64,000 bases of DNA from Octopus vulgaris (lineage: Eukaryota). Location: the NCBI GenBank assembly GCA_951406725.2, contig OX597823.1, positions 71,610,001-71,674,000 of the forward strand, given 5' to 3'. Position 1 is the stretch's first letter. Each line of letters starts with the position of its first letter. Position numbers and translations under genes: made by a program. Below the pieces are notes generated by a model, which saw nothing but the letters and a program-made list of their open reading frames with translations, did no database searches and had not been told where the DNA came from. This document shows, in pieces, positions 1 to 13,300 of the stretch.

Positions 1-98
1 ATAGTTTGCTCATTGACTGCTCTGTAACACGCCCCTGAACCAGCCTAAATATGTGTCTTTGTGTCTGTGTGTGTCTGTGTGGATGTATTATAAATGTA

Positions 99-1745
99 CA
101 ATGGTGTCATTTAATTTAAGAACATTAATATACTAATGCTAAAATGAAATTTTTTATATATTCAAGTTATAAATTGTGAATAAAGATGTACATCAAAATA
201 AAGAAAATTTCATGAGCTTTAATATGGTATGCAACTTTACAGCATAACATCAACATATTAACTTTGAATTAGAAATAAACTTTATTTTACGTAATTTACG
301 TCACTACTTAATTTAAGAACGATTTGCAAAATTTCATTTTTTTTTTCCTTATTGACTAATATTTGGGTAATTTGAATGCTGTTACAATTTTTAAGTTACT
401 TAATAGTTGTGATGAGTAAGAGACAAAACTTAATACCAGAACCCAGACTGAGGATCACTCAGCTTAGTTGGCTGAAATGGTCATATAAAATCTATTTCAA
501 ACGTAGTTAGCTGCTCTAAAACAGTCGTCTACAATGCTGTTCATCTTTGTAAAGAAACTAATGATTATAAAGACCACTCTCAGCCTGAGAAACCAAGAAA
601 AGCAACCACAAGAATGGATATATACATTCATAGACTGTCCCCCAAAAAATGAAAAATGACTGTTGTTGTCATTTTAAAAGAAACTGGGCAAAACATGGAC
701 ATACCATTGGAGTGTCCACCATAAAAAAAAAAAACATCTCAAAGAATTTGAACTTCTAGGAAGAGTCTCTTGCAAAAAGCCATACATTTCTTTAAAAAAT
801 CGATGTACCCAAATGCAGTTTGCAAAAGAGCATTTGAATTGGAGCCCAGCAGATTGGTCGAATGTGTTGTGGTTGGATGAGTCAAAGTTGAACTTGTCCA
901 GTAGTGATGGCAGGAAGTATGTAAGAAGGCATATAGGCAAAGAATATCATCCAGAATGCATCCAGCCTATAATTAAGCACAGTAGTGGAAGTGTGATGGT
1001 GTGGGGTGGGGGGGCATGTTGAGAAAAGATGGAAAAGGTGATGGTCTTATAATAAGAATCAAGGGCATTATGGATAGTAAATCCTATCTAGAAATATTGG
1101 AGAAGACTATGCTTCCATACGCCTGAAAGCATTTGGGCCGATCTTGGACATTCCAGCATGACAACAACCTCAAACACACCTCGCATCTAGTCAGAGATTA
1201 CATTAGGTCTAAGAGAATTCAGTTGATGCAGTGGCTGGCACAGTCACCTGACCTAAATCCCATCGAAAATCTTTGGGAAAGGTTGGGTAAAGCTGTGCAA
1301 AGTAGTAAGCTAAAGAATAAGGATGGTTTTTTTGTAAATATTATTAGCTAAAATTGGGAAAAAAATTTCAGGAACAGCATTAAATGATCTGAACAATTCT
1401 ATGTTTTGCAGATACAAAACTCTATTAAGTAATTTTGGATATCCAACAAAAAATACTGATTGTGTGAGCTTATTGTTTTTTTTTTTTGTTGTTGATCTCA
1501 GAATAAACATTTTAAGGCAAAAATAGAAAATTTTACAAATCATTCTTAAATTAAATGGCGCTATAATTACAATAATTAAAATTTATTTTTAATTTAAAAT
1601 TAATATTTTGATGTTATGCTGTAAAGTTGTATACTGTATTAAAGCTTGTGAAATTTACTGTATTTTGATATAAAACTTTAAAAAATATAAAAAATGGCAT
1701 TTTGACATTAGTATACTAATGTTCTTAAATTAAATGGCGCCACTG
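99..1745 (+). mobile_element. Decayed Tc1-family DNA transposon (DD34E, long IR/DR-type TIRs)
   Basis: TA at 97-98 and 1746-1747; ~220 bp imperfect TIRs (caatggtgtcatttaatttaagaac / gttcttaaattaaatggcgccactg). Broken transposase with WLDESK, FQHDN, SPDLNPIENLW; 34 residues between D and E. Confidence 0.9.
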
Positions 1746-3232
1746 TATGTGTGTTTTGGGTGGAGGTGGGGGAATATTAGCTGTTTGTTTGTTTACTATT
1801 ATGTATATATATGTAACAAATAACCTCACACACACATACACACTCTACCTACCTACCTACATACCTACCTATTTATCTGTCTATTTCTCCATCTACCTAT
1901 CTCTGCCTCTCTGTTTCTTTCTCTATCAGTCTTACAACACATAAGCACATGTGTCTTGTGAATATGTCCATACATGTATGTGTGATTCTATATGTGTGGG
2001 TGGGTGTTGGAGGTGTCTATTTTCGTAAGTATATCTGTGTGCTTATTTGTGAACATATGTTGTATTCTGTTGGTTCATTTTTGTGAATGGAAGAAAAATA
2101 AAACTATCCTTTTGATAACAAATAAGGATTCCAGAACCCAGAAATGTACTGGAAAGGATTTTACTTAAAAGATGTAAATATTTGAGAGTATATGAGTCCA
2201 TGTACTTTCGTGTTGCAATCAACTATTTTCACAAGATTCAAAGTACACATAAACAGAAAAATAGATTCTAAATTTTCATATTATATGGATCAGCTTGATA
2301 ATAGTTATGAAGGACATTTTAATGAATATTGTTTCAAAAATTTTCCTTAGAGTCAGATTTGTAATAAACAATCAATCAAATTTTAGTCAGCTTTTGCTGA
2401 CAAAATGTGATGAAAGATAGTTAAAAATGAAGATTAGTTTTGAAAAAATATCAAAAATATCATGAAAAATAAATAGGTTAGAGTAATGTGTTACAAGAGC
2501 TGATCACCTCTAAAGCAATGCTCTAAGAAAATATTATGTATCGTATTTATATTGATCTATTGTTAAAACTGCATATGTATAAAGAAACATTTTGTTGAGT
2601 TTAATGACTACCTTATATTGAATAAGGCTTTATTGACATCATTATAGGGATTAGCAGTGTTCATTGTGTCAGCTAAAGCTAATATGATAATAAATTATTT
2701 CCTCGTTCTATGCATAGGTTTTGGAATTTAATTTACAGGATGCATCATCTTTAAGATTATAGAATTTAATTTTTTATCTTTCCTGTTTTTCTATATTGCA
2801 TGAGCTAAATAATTTAAAGAATTTCACAAGATATTAAAATATTCTGGTTAAAATTTTTTGATGTTTTATATATGGATTTCTAAGTGAAGGTCTCCCTTAA
2901 AAGTGATCAGTGAACCCTGCAGCCAGTTTTCACCTGATCCAACTGGAACAAATTAGTGTGGATCAGTGACAGACAACCAAATGTTAAATTATACTCTGTA
3001 TCTCATCACTGTTGCTGTTGCATGCCTACGGCATGATATGTAACTAACAACAAATAAGTAGATCAACCTAGCTCTACCAAAATGCTGCACTTGATCTAAC
3101 TCATTTGTTATGAGCAGCAGCAATCCTGGGAAGTGATTAGTTAGCCTGTGGTTGCATCCACAGAAAATGCAGCAAGCAGTAGAGCAATGTCTTATCTAGA
3201 TAACTGGTTTCACTGATTCTCTTTATTCTACG

Positions 3233-3530
3233 TCATCATCATCGTTTAACGTTCGCTTTCCATGCTAGAATGGGTTGGACGGTTCCACCAGGGTCTGGGA
3301 AACCAGGAGGCTGCACCAGGCCCAGTCTGATCTGGCAGTGTTTCTACAGCTGGATGTCCTTCCTAATGCCAACCACTCCGTGAGTGTAGTGGGTGCTTTT
3401 TACGTGTCACTGACACAGGTGCCAGGTGAGGCTGACAACGGCGGCCACGATTGGTTAGTCCTTTTTATGTGCCACCGGCATGGAGGCCTGTTGAGGCGCT
3501 GCTGGCAATGGCCATGTTTGGATGGTTCTC
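3233..3530 (-). mobile_element. RTE-type LINE 3' end (5'-truncated), (GAT)n tail
   Basis: catcatcatcgtttaacg..ccatgctag..gggttggacgg..ggatg(c)ccttcctaa(c)gccaacc; same sequence follows RTE ORF remnants at 16815-17327 and 28952-29810. Confidence 0.75.
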
Positions 3531-3870
3531 CAAAATAAAAATTATCCTATGGATCCTTGTAATTCAGAATTAAATTAATCTTTCTAAAATAAAGATCTTT
3601 TTTTTTTTTTGTGATCCAGCATCCCAACTGGTTAAATGCAGCACTGATGTCTCTATGACAGTTATCTCCTTTAAAATTTATTGCGAGAAGTTTTTTTATT
3701 TGAGGTTTTGCTCATTCTTGCAGAAAACAGTCAGTGTTGCTTTTATTTTGCAACTGCTACATGTAATGAAAAAAAACAATTAAAAGTGAACATACATGTG
3801 ATAATTGAAAAATTATTGATATTACTTGTCACTGTTGTTGTTATAACTGGGTTTTTTTTTAAATATACAG

Positions 3871-4035
3871 CTGCTTGAATGCAATTATGTTGCACAAGCC
3901 CTAACAATTATGGAAGGATATCTGCCTGGAGAGGAAGAATTGAAAGATATAGCTACCGAAAAACTTCAAAATATTGTTGTTTTCGCATTGATGTGGTCCC
4001 TAGGTTCTTTGCTGGAACTTGATGACAGATTAAAG
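3871..4035 (+). CDS. DNAH5: Dynein HC exon 1 of window (end of AAA2 region)
   Basis: tacag|CTG...AAG|gttgt; [55 protein letters not shown]; 165 nt, phase 0/0. Confidence 0.92.
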
Positions 4036-4329
4036 GTTGTATTTACCATTTATTTATAGTTAGCTTGGCAAACTGTACATACATACATGCATGCATACAT
4101 TCATATATGCTTAGATACATACATACATACATACATACATACATACATACATACATACGTACATACATACATACATATATACATACATGCATGCATGCAT
4201 ACATATATACATACATGCATGCATGCATACATATATACATACATGCATGCATACATATATACATACATGCACACACACATACATACATACATACATGCAC
4301 ACACACATACATACACATACATACATACA

Positions 4330-4363
<34 letters not shown>

Positions 4364-7300
4364 CATACATGCACACACATACATACATACATACATACAT
4401 ACACACATACATACATACATACATACATACATACATACATACATGCAGGCATGCATGCATGCATGCATACATACATATATACATACATGCACACACACAA
4501 ATACACACACACATACATACATACATACATACACATCCATCCATACATGCATACATGCATACATACATACATACATACATGCATACATATATACATACAT
4601 GCACACACACAAATACACACACACATACATACATACACGTACACATCCATCCATCTGTACATGCATACATACATATATACATACATGCACACACACAAAT
4701 ACACACACACATACATACATACATACATACACATCCATCCATACATGCATACATGCATACATACATACATACATACATACATGCATACATATATACATAC
4801 ATGCACACACACAAATACACACACACATACATACATACACGTACACATCCATCCATCTGTACATGCATGCATACATATATACATACATGCACACACACAA
4901 ATACACACACACATACACATACATACATACACATACATCCATCCATACATGCATGCATACATATATACATACGGTGCATCAGCATGGCCGCAGCTCTGAG
5001 CTGAAACTAGAGAAAAAAATACATGCACACACACAAATACACACACACATACACACATACACATCCATCCATCCATCCATACATACATACATACATACAT
5101 ACATATCTGATGTTATTAGTCAAATCTGTATGTATACCTGCAAGTCGGTGTAATTTTCTCCTGTATAATTCTCAACTTATGTAAGTGTGTGTGTGTGTTT
5201 ATAAATAAATATATAAATACATTACAGTTTTAGTGAATGCTTGTTATCATTACTTGTATTTATTAGGCAAGTAATTCTTAGTGCATATAGATGTTTGTAC
5301 TGTTGTGGTATTGAGGCATATGATATTAACATTTAAGAAAATTTGAAGACTGAAAGTCTACTAACATTATCTATAGTATGAGACATGTTATTATGCTTTA
5401 CATCAATTATTTGAGTGTATATACATGTGAATATATGCTCATTTTATGCATGAATAACTTGTGTGTGTGTTTAAATTAAGAGATATTTGTGCACATTCTT
5501 CAAATATAAATAATATATGTACATAGTACAAAATGGAAGTCTGTAGAGCACTGCCCGAGGACTGATAACAGATGAACTGTAGAAAGGAATTTCACTATGA
5601 CCTAGCTAGTAAAGGGACTTCCAGTTTTGTGGGCTTTTCTCAGAGGTCAACTGCTTTTGCCCACATGGTGTATAACAGAACGTAACAAAAAAAAAATTCT
5701 ACAGGCGCAGGAGTGGCTATGTGGTAAGTAGCTTGCTTAGCAAACCACATGGTTCCGGGTTCAGTCCCACTGCATGGCATCTTGGGCAAGTACCTTCTGC
5801 TATAGCCTCGGCCCGACCAGAGCCTTGTGAGTGCATTTGGTAGACAGAAACTGAAAGAAGCCCATCGTATATATGTATATATATATGTATGTGTGTGTGT
5901 GTTTATGTGTTTGTGTTTGTCCCCCCAACATTGCTTAACAACCGATGCTGGTGTGTTTACGTCCCTGTTACTTAGCTGTTTGGCAAAAGATACTGATAGA
6001 ATAAATACTAGGCTTACAAAGAATATGTCCTGGGGTCGGTGTGCTTGACTAAAGGCGGTGCTCCAGCATGGCCACAGTCAAATGACTGAAACTAGTAAAA
6101 GAGTAAAAGAGTAAAGAGGGAGATTAACACACTCTCATTCCCAGTTGATTTTTCTGTATATAGGCTTAACTAAGCTATCAGTCTGCTTGACTAAAGGCAG
6201 TGCTCCAGCACGGCCACAGTCGAATGACTGAAACAAGTAAAAGATAAAAGATAAAAGATAGAAGTCAGCTAGATAAAATTTAGAGATAGTTGGGTACTTG
6301 TTTTTTTTATCAATTAAGTTCATACAGATTTCATTAGTAACATCATTAAATTTGCCTTGAAATATCTCCATGACCTCTGTTGACTTTGCCTTTGCATGAG
6401 ACCAGTAAACTTTTGAACAGCATCATAAGACAAAGACAGAATTTATGCTAGTCGCTTTGTCACTTTGTAGCATGTCATGAAAGATTAATATAAAATATTA
6501 TAAGAGCAAAACAGGCCATGCGGTTCAGAAGCTCACTTTACGGTCCTGTCCTACAGCATGGTAGTTTGGGCTTCTTCTATAAAAGTCCCAAATACCTTGT
6601 GAGTGAATTTACTAGAAACAAATTGCACAGAAGCCTGGTGTGTGTGTGTGTGTGTGTGTGTGTGTCTTTTACTTGTTTCAGTCATTTGACTGCAGCCATG
6701 CTGGAGCACCGCCTTTTAGTCGAGCAAATCGACCCCAGGACTTATTCTTTGGAAGCCTAGTACTTATTCTATTGGTCTCTTTTGCCGAACCGCTAAGTTA
6801 CGGGGATGTAAACACACCAGCATCGGTTGTCAAGCGATGTCAGGGGGACAAACACAGACGCACAAACATATACACACACATACATATATACATACATTTA
6901 TACGATGGGCTTCTTTCAGTTTCCATCTACGAAATCCACTCACAAGGCCCGAGGCTATAGTAGGGGACACTTGCCCAAGGTGCCACACAGTGGGACTGAA
7001 CCCATCACCATGTAGTTGGTAAACAAGCTACTTACCACACAACCACTCCCGCGTCTATGTGTCTAACTAGTTGACAACTAGTGTTAGCTTTGTACTTCAA
7101 CAAACAGAGTGTCTGATGCCAGAGCAACAAAGCAATATCATTGTGATTTCATAATGCTAACAGGAAATTATCTTTTATTTATTGTTATACTTGGGGATGG
7201 CCATATTTTGCCAATTAAACACACACACACACACTATACATTTGGTCTTCACTTCAGCTTTATTATAATTATTTTAGTTTCTTTGTCAAAGGTCTTTCAT

Positions 7301-10300
7301 CATCTTCAGTGAATCTATATCCTGCAAGTCTCTTCCTGTTCTGCTCATTCTATTTAAATAATAATGATAGTAATAATAAAGTTGAAGTGAAGATCAAATA
7401 TATATATATATATAAATTATGAATTAGAGATAAAACCACTATTATGCAACTCAAACAGTGATAGATATAAACCAATACATAAATAACAAATTTTATATAT
7501 ATATAAATTTTTTTTATTGTTTTTTAAATATATAACTTATAACTAGATCTCAAAAAGTATAAAAGGAATGATAAATATATAAGTAAAAACACTACGTACG
7601 TTTCATGGCTACAATTAAATTCAAATTAGAATTAAGTTTAAATTCAATTGAAATAAATTCAAATTAAGATTATAGTCAATCTTCAGGTTAATGATAATAG
7701 TTTGGAAAAATATGACCCTCTCCAATATATAACAATATCTGTTTCAACACACAATTTCACATCAAGTGTCTTTAAAAAAAATACATAATCATAATTTTTA
7801 TTTATTTCTTCAAAATTTCTGTTTAAATCTTTTAGCTTGAGATATTTTGGAAAGAAAGCTTTTCGATACCATTGCCACCCGTCACAGAATCACAAACAAT
7901 ATTTGAATATGTTGTGTCTGATAAAGGAATGTGGGAACATTGGTCTGAGAGGGTAAGTAAGTCAGGCTTGCAAGAACAATATTTCATCTTATTCAACATA
8001 AGACATATTTTCAGAAGCATATGAAGCATGCATGATAGAACTATATGTTAAAGTTTATCCAAAGAGGAACTTGAGCTCAGACCCTAATGACAATATCAAT
8101 GAGGTGAAAAGCTTCATAAGATAAACATAACAGTCAGTTGAATATAACTAACTCTGGTACTGGTATTTATTTAATGATCTTAGAACAGAAGTGGAATGAC
8201 ATACTCTGGCAAAATCTAAGCACAGCAAAATGAGTGCTCCACTTGTGATGACTAAACATCTATTCTGGAATAGGTACCACTTTTTCACATGATTAAAAAT
8301 AATACATAATGAAGTGGTGGAATTAACCAAGATACTAGAGTTATGTTGAATTTATTGCAGCATTTAATTTCATCTTCCTACATCTTATTCAATCAAATTC
8401 AATCTTTTTTGAATAACAGTTATGTAATACAGTTCTATATTTAAGAGATAAGGAATTATGTGCATTATTTACATTATTTACATTATTTACATTCAATGGA
8501 TATTTGTCCTCATCTTGTTTGTTGTTAACAAGTTTCGGCTGATATACTCTCCAGCCTTCTTCGTGTGTCTTGGGGAAATTTTGAATCTCAGTTCTCATTC
8601 CTAAGGTATTTTCGATGTTATTATTATTATTATTATTGTTATTGTTCAACTCACTGCTTGGAATCAAGCTCGGAATCTTGGAGTTAGTAGCCCATGCTCT
8701 TAACCACTACGCCACATATAATGGTCTGTTAAGCAACAACTGCCCCAAAAGTATACTATCCACTCCAATTATGAAGAAGAGTGAGGATGGGACCAATAAA
8801 CTCTCCACAGTCTGTCTACGTTGTGTCAAAGGCCTCTCCGAAAAGATACAAATGATATGCGGCCCATATGACACCAGGACAGTATTCAAGAGTAATACAA
8901 CACTTTCCAAATATCTCCTTCGAGTAAAACCACCAATAGAGGAGGATATGACCAAAGACTGCGTGTACTCCATCCCATGCAGCTGTGGTAGGTTATACAA
9001 AGGTAAAACATGCCGCACCCTCAAAATAAGAGTAGACCAACATTGCAAAGCTGTGACATGAGGAGATATTGATAAGTTGGGTATAGCTGATCATGTATGG
9101 AAAAATAGAGACCACCTCCCCCTGTGGGGTGAAGTTCAAATAATAGACAGAGAACACTACGGGAAAATAAGAACACTAAAAGAAGCAGCACATATGCTAG
9201 GACACAACAACCTCCTAAGCAGACCGAGTGCAGTTATGAAGGAAGGATAGAAAAAATATTAGATTTATAAGCCCTAAAATTCACTTAATAATTGCCCACG
9301 AGCATATGGCATAGTGGTTAAGAGCACAGGCTACTAACCCCAAGATTCTGAATTTGATTCCAAGCAGTGACCTGAACAACAACAACAACAACATTGAAAA
9401 TACCTTTGGAATGAAAACCCAGGTTTGAAATTTCCCCAAGACACCTGAAGAAAGCTGGAGGGTATATCAGCCGAAATGTGTTAACAACAAACAAATATCC
9501 GTTGAATGTAATATGAGGACAAATATCCATTGAATGTAAATAATGTAAATAAGGAACAGTTATGTAGTCATTATGTAGATCAACATAAATTCAGACTTTT
9601 GATGTCCCTCTTTGTAGGTTTTAGTGGAATATACTGTAGGAATTCTTAAATTCTTTATAACCAACCATGGCTTCATCAATGGAAACTTTCCTGTATAGAT
9701 TATATAAGTAAGAAAAACTACACTAGATAAAGTTTTGTTCCTGTCTAAAAATAGTTCTTTGAGTTTTATCAATAAAACAAACTTACGTTTAAATTTTTTT
9801 ATCCAAGTTCGATAATTAGTACAAGTCTCTGGTTCAGCATGGATCCTAATATATTGTTGAACATATTTCCATTAAAATGTCAAAGGGTTTCCTCTCATCT
9901 TCATTTATGACTCATCATTCATGAACATGATATTCCATTTATCTTCTGCTTATTTGTTTTTTCAGCTTATAATTCTCCATTCTCCATAAATATATAGTGT
10001 AAAGTATATTTGAAAATACTATTTCTGTGTTCTGTCTGGGATTTGATTAAATCAGGAATCCTAATCAGTAGGCTACATGACTAGGACAATTGACAAAAAG
10101 GGAAATGGTCAAAAGATATAGGGCTTCAGTATTGAATATAGAAATAAGCCATGCTAGACCAAACAGTGTTGCCTAGCAATTAGGCATAGCACCAAACAGC
10201 CACCCAACTAGGGTCACTGGTGATGCCATGGGAAGCAGCATGGTGGATGTGTAATCTCAATAAAAAAGTCCTCCACTGACTAATGGCAACATTTACATAA

Positions 10301-13300
10301 TGCTGGACAGAGGTCAATGACCACAGTCATCAAGTTTCTGTTATATTACTGTTAGCATTTGTAGACTCAGTGACCATGGATGCTATTACCCAATAAAAAT
10401 GTAATCCAAGTCACTTCAACCGGATGATATCTGTATAATTTCTGGCCCTGGCACCAGTCCTGAAAACTGGATGGATATATTTTTATTACAAACTTCACTA
10501 AATGGTGTCATTTTCTTTCTAAAATGTTTCTCTTCAGTTTCATTTTTATTAATACTCTCAACATCAGAAATCCTTTCTACTATAGGCTCAAGGCCTGAAA
10601 TTTTGCGGGAGGGAGCCAGTCGATTTGATGAATCCCAGTATGCAACTGGTACTTAATTTATCGACCCCAAAAGGATGAAAGATAAAGTTGACCTCAACGG
10701 AATTTGAACTCAGAACATACCGAAATACTGCTAAGCATTTCGTCCAGTGTGCTAACGATTCTGCCAGCTCACCATGTGTTATTGTAACAGTAGAAGCAAA
10801 CTTTCCTGTATGATAGTTACAAGGTGGTATCAAAAGGTTCCTGAATTAGTTCTGTAGCATAGCACTGACTTTCATGAGGCAGTGTGCCGAGTGACATAGT
10901 TATGTTTACTTTGCAAGTTGTGAAATTTGTGTTATTATGATCGTGTGTATGCTGAAGTCTATGATTTTATGTCATGGACAAAATGTTGGGACAAAGAGCC
11001 AACATGAAATTTTGTGTTAAACTTAGGAAGTCTCTGCAGAGACATTGAGCATGCTTCAACAAGCTTATGGCGATGAGGCAATGGGCTGTACACAATGTTT
11101 TAAGTGGCACAGGTGCTTCAAAAGTAGAAGAACATCTCTGGAAGATGATGAGTGGTCTGGAAGACCTACCATGAGCATCATCTATGGAAATGTGGTATTG
11201 TGTATTGAGAATTTGCTCCCCAGGGCCAGACTGTCAATTAAGGGTTCTACTGTGACGTTTTGAAGCATTTGAGGGAAGACATTTGACAAAAGTGATTGGG
11301 TCTGTGGAGCATGAAGAATTTGGTTCTTTATGGTGACAACGCATCATCACTGAGCTCTCCTCGCTTGTGAGTTTCTCGCCAAAAACAACATGGTATCACT
11401 TCTACACTTGTCCTATTGGCCAGATTTAGCCCCTGTGCACTTCCATCTCTTCTCCAAGATGAAAATTACAGCTTAAAGGTCGCCATTTTAACACTGTTGT
11501 CAAGATTCAGATTCTAAAAGTGGCAGAAATGCTGGAATAGTATACTGTTGTTCAAGGTGACTATTTCAAAGGAGATGATGTTAAAACTTAGGTAAATAAG
11601 TTATTTTTTATTAAATATAACTAGTTCGGGAACCTTTTGATACTACCTCGTAGGAACACTAGACAATCTCAATGAAATATTATAAATGCTTGAACAATTA
11701 CAGCAGATAAAATTTGTTGTACTATTCTGAACTGGGTTTTGTTGATGTTTGTGAAGGCGCATGGCTCAGTGGTTAGAGCGTCGAGCTTACGATCGTGAGG
11801 TTGTGAGCTCGAATCCCGGACCGGGCTGCATGTTGTGTTCTCGAGCAAGGCACTTTATTTCACGTTGCTCCAGTTCACTCTGCTGTAGAAATGAGTTGCG
11901 ACGTCACTGGTGCCAAGCTGTATCGACCTTTGTCTTTCCCTTGGTTAACACTGGTGGCGTGGAGAGGGGAGGCTGGTATGCATGGGCGACTGCTGGCCTT
12001 CCATAAACAACCTTGCCCGGACTTGTGTCTAGGAGGGTAACTTTCTAGGTGCAATCCCATGGTCATTCATGACCGAAGGGGGTCTTTACCCTTTTTTTTT
12101 GTTGATGTTTGATAATTTAATAATTTCTATTCTCCACTGTCAAGTCTACATGTTATGTTGGGTTGTTTTGTTTTTGATAGATAACTCAATACGTATACCC
12201 TAAGGATTCTACTCCAGACTACACAACAATCTTAATTCCAAACATTGACAATGTACGCACTGATTTCCTTATCCATTTGGTTGCAAAGCAATGTAAAGCA
12301 GTTTTATTGATTGGAGAACAGGTAAGAATGAATCAATTATACTTTTATCTGTATTTACCACACTGACTCCTTTATCATACTGATACATACACTTTAATGC
12401 ACTGATTTGTATCACATATTGTACCTTTACATTGTTGTAATTTTACATAAAATTATGAGCTACGGGTGTAAGGGATTAGCTCTGAGATTTGAAAGTGATA
12501 TAAGATGAATTCATCCTGGCTTGTATGCTAGTTTTATTGTCATTATTATTTAATACAAAAGAGATCATTATTATCATTTAGTTGAAGTTCTACTGTGATG
12601 TTTTGAATCATTTGAGAGAGGACATTTGACGAAAGAGACTGGGTTTGTGGAGCATGAAGAATTTGGTTCTTCCTGATGAAAATGCATCATCACTGAGCTC
12701 TCCAGATAGTATTTGAGAACAGATTTATGGTTTTAATATAATGCTTGTATGATAACAGGAAAAAACTGTATCTTTAGGAAAATAACAAAAACATAAAGCT
12801 GAATTATCAATTTAGTAATTTCATCCAATAAAACCACCATAAGCATCAATAACTGACTCTGTGCAGGGTCGAAATCATTTACAAGCTCAGATTAAGTGGT
12901 CCTTGTTTGTATTGGACACAACTTGAACTATGGCAGCTTTCGAAGAATCTTTGATGCTATGGGCGTGCCCATTGACATTTTTCTCAATGATGCCCTATAA
13001 ATAGTAGTCCAGTTGATTGAGATCTATAGAATTAGGAGGCTAAGTGTAGGGGGGTGATGTAATCATGCAAATTGTTGGCCATCCATTCTTGTGTCATTTG
13101 AGCCTTGTGTGATGGTGCAGAATCTTAAGACCTTCCATTGCATACGCTGTTGACCCAAGGTTTAACAACTTTATCCAGAACCTCAATATATGCAGCAGCA
13201 TTCATCCTAAGGCCTTGTGGAAAAAAAGTGAGGAGGCATCACATATCCTTCATTGCTTAACAACACCCAAAACCATGAAACTTGCAGGAAATTTTGTTTG

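Noticed and set aside
4043-5153. Six ORFs of 270-362 aa (HTYI/MYVC repeats)
   Set aside because: Stop-free translations of a (CATA)n/(CA)n microsatellite, open in all frames; no protein signal.
11752-11830. Possible tRNA gene (also 41701, 53558, 5703, 9305)
   Set aside because: A/B boxes are present, but there is no convincing acceptor stem and the sequence continues into SINE or pLTR bodies, several with TSDs; these are tRNA-derived heads.
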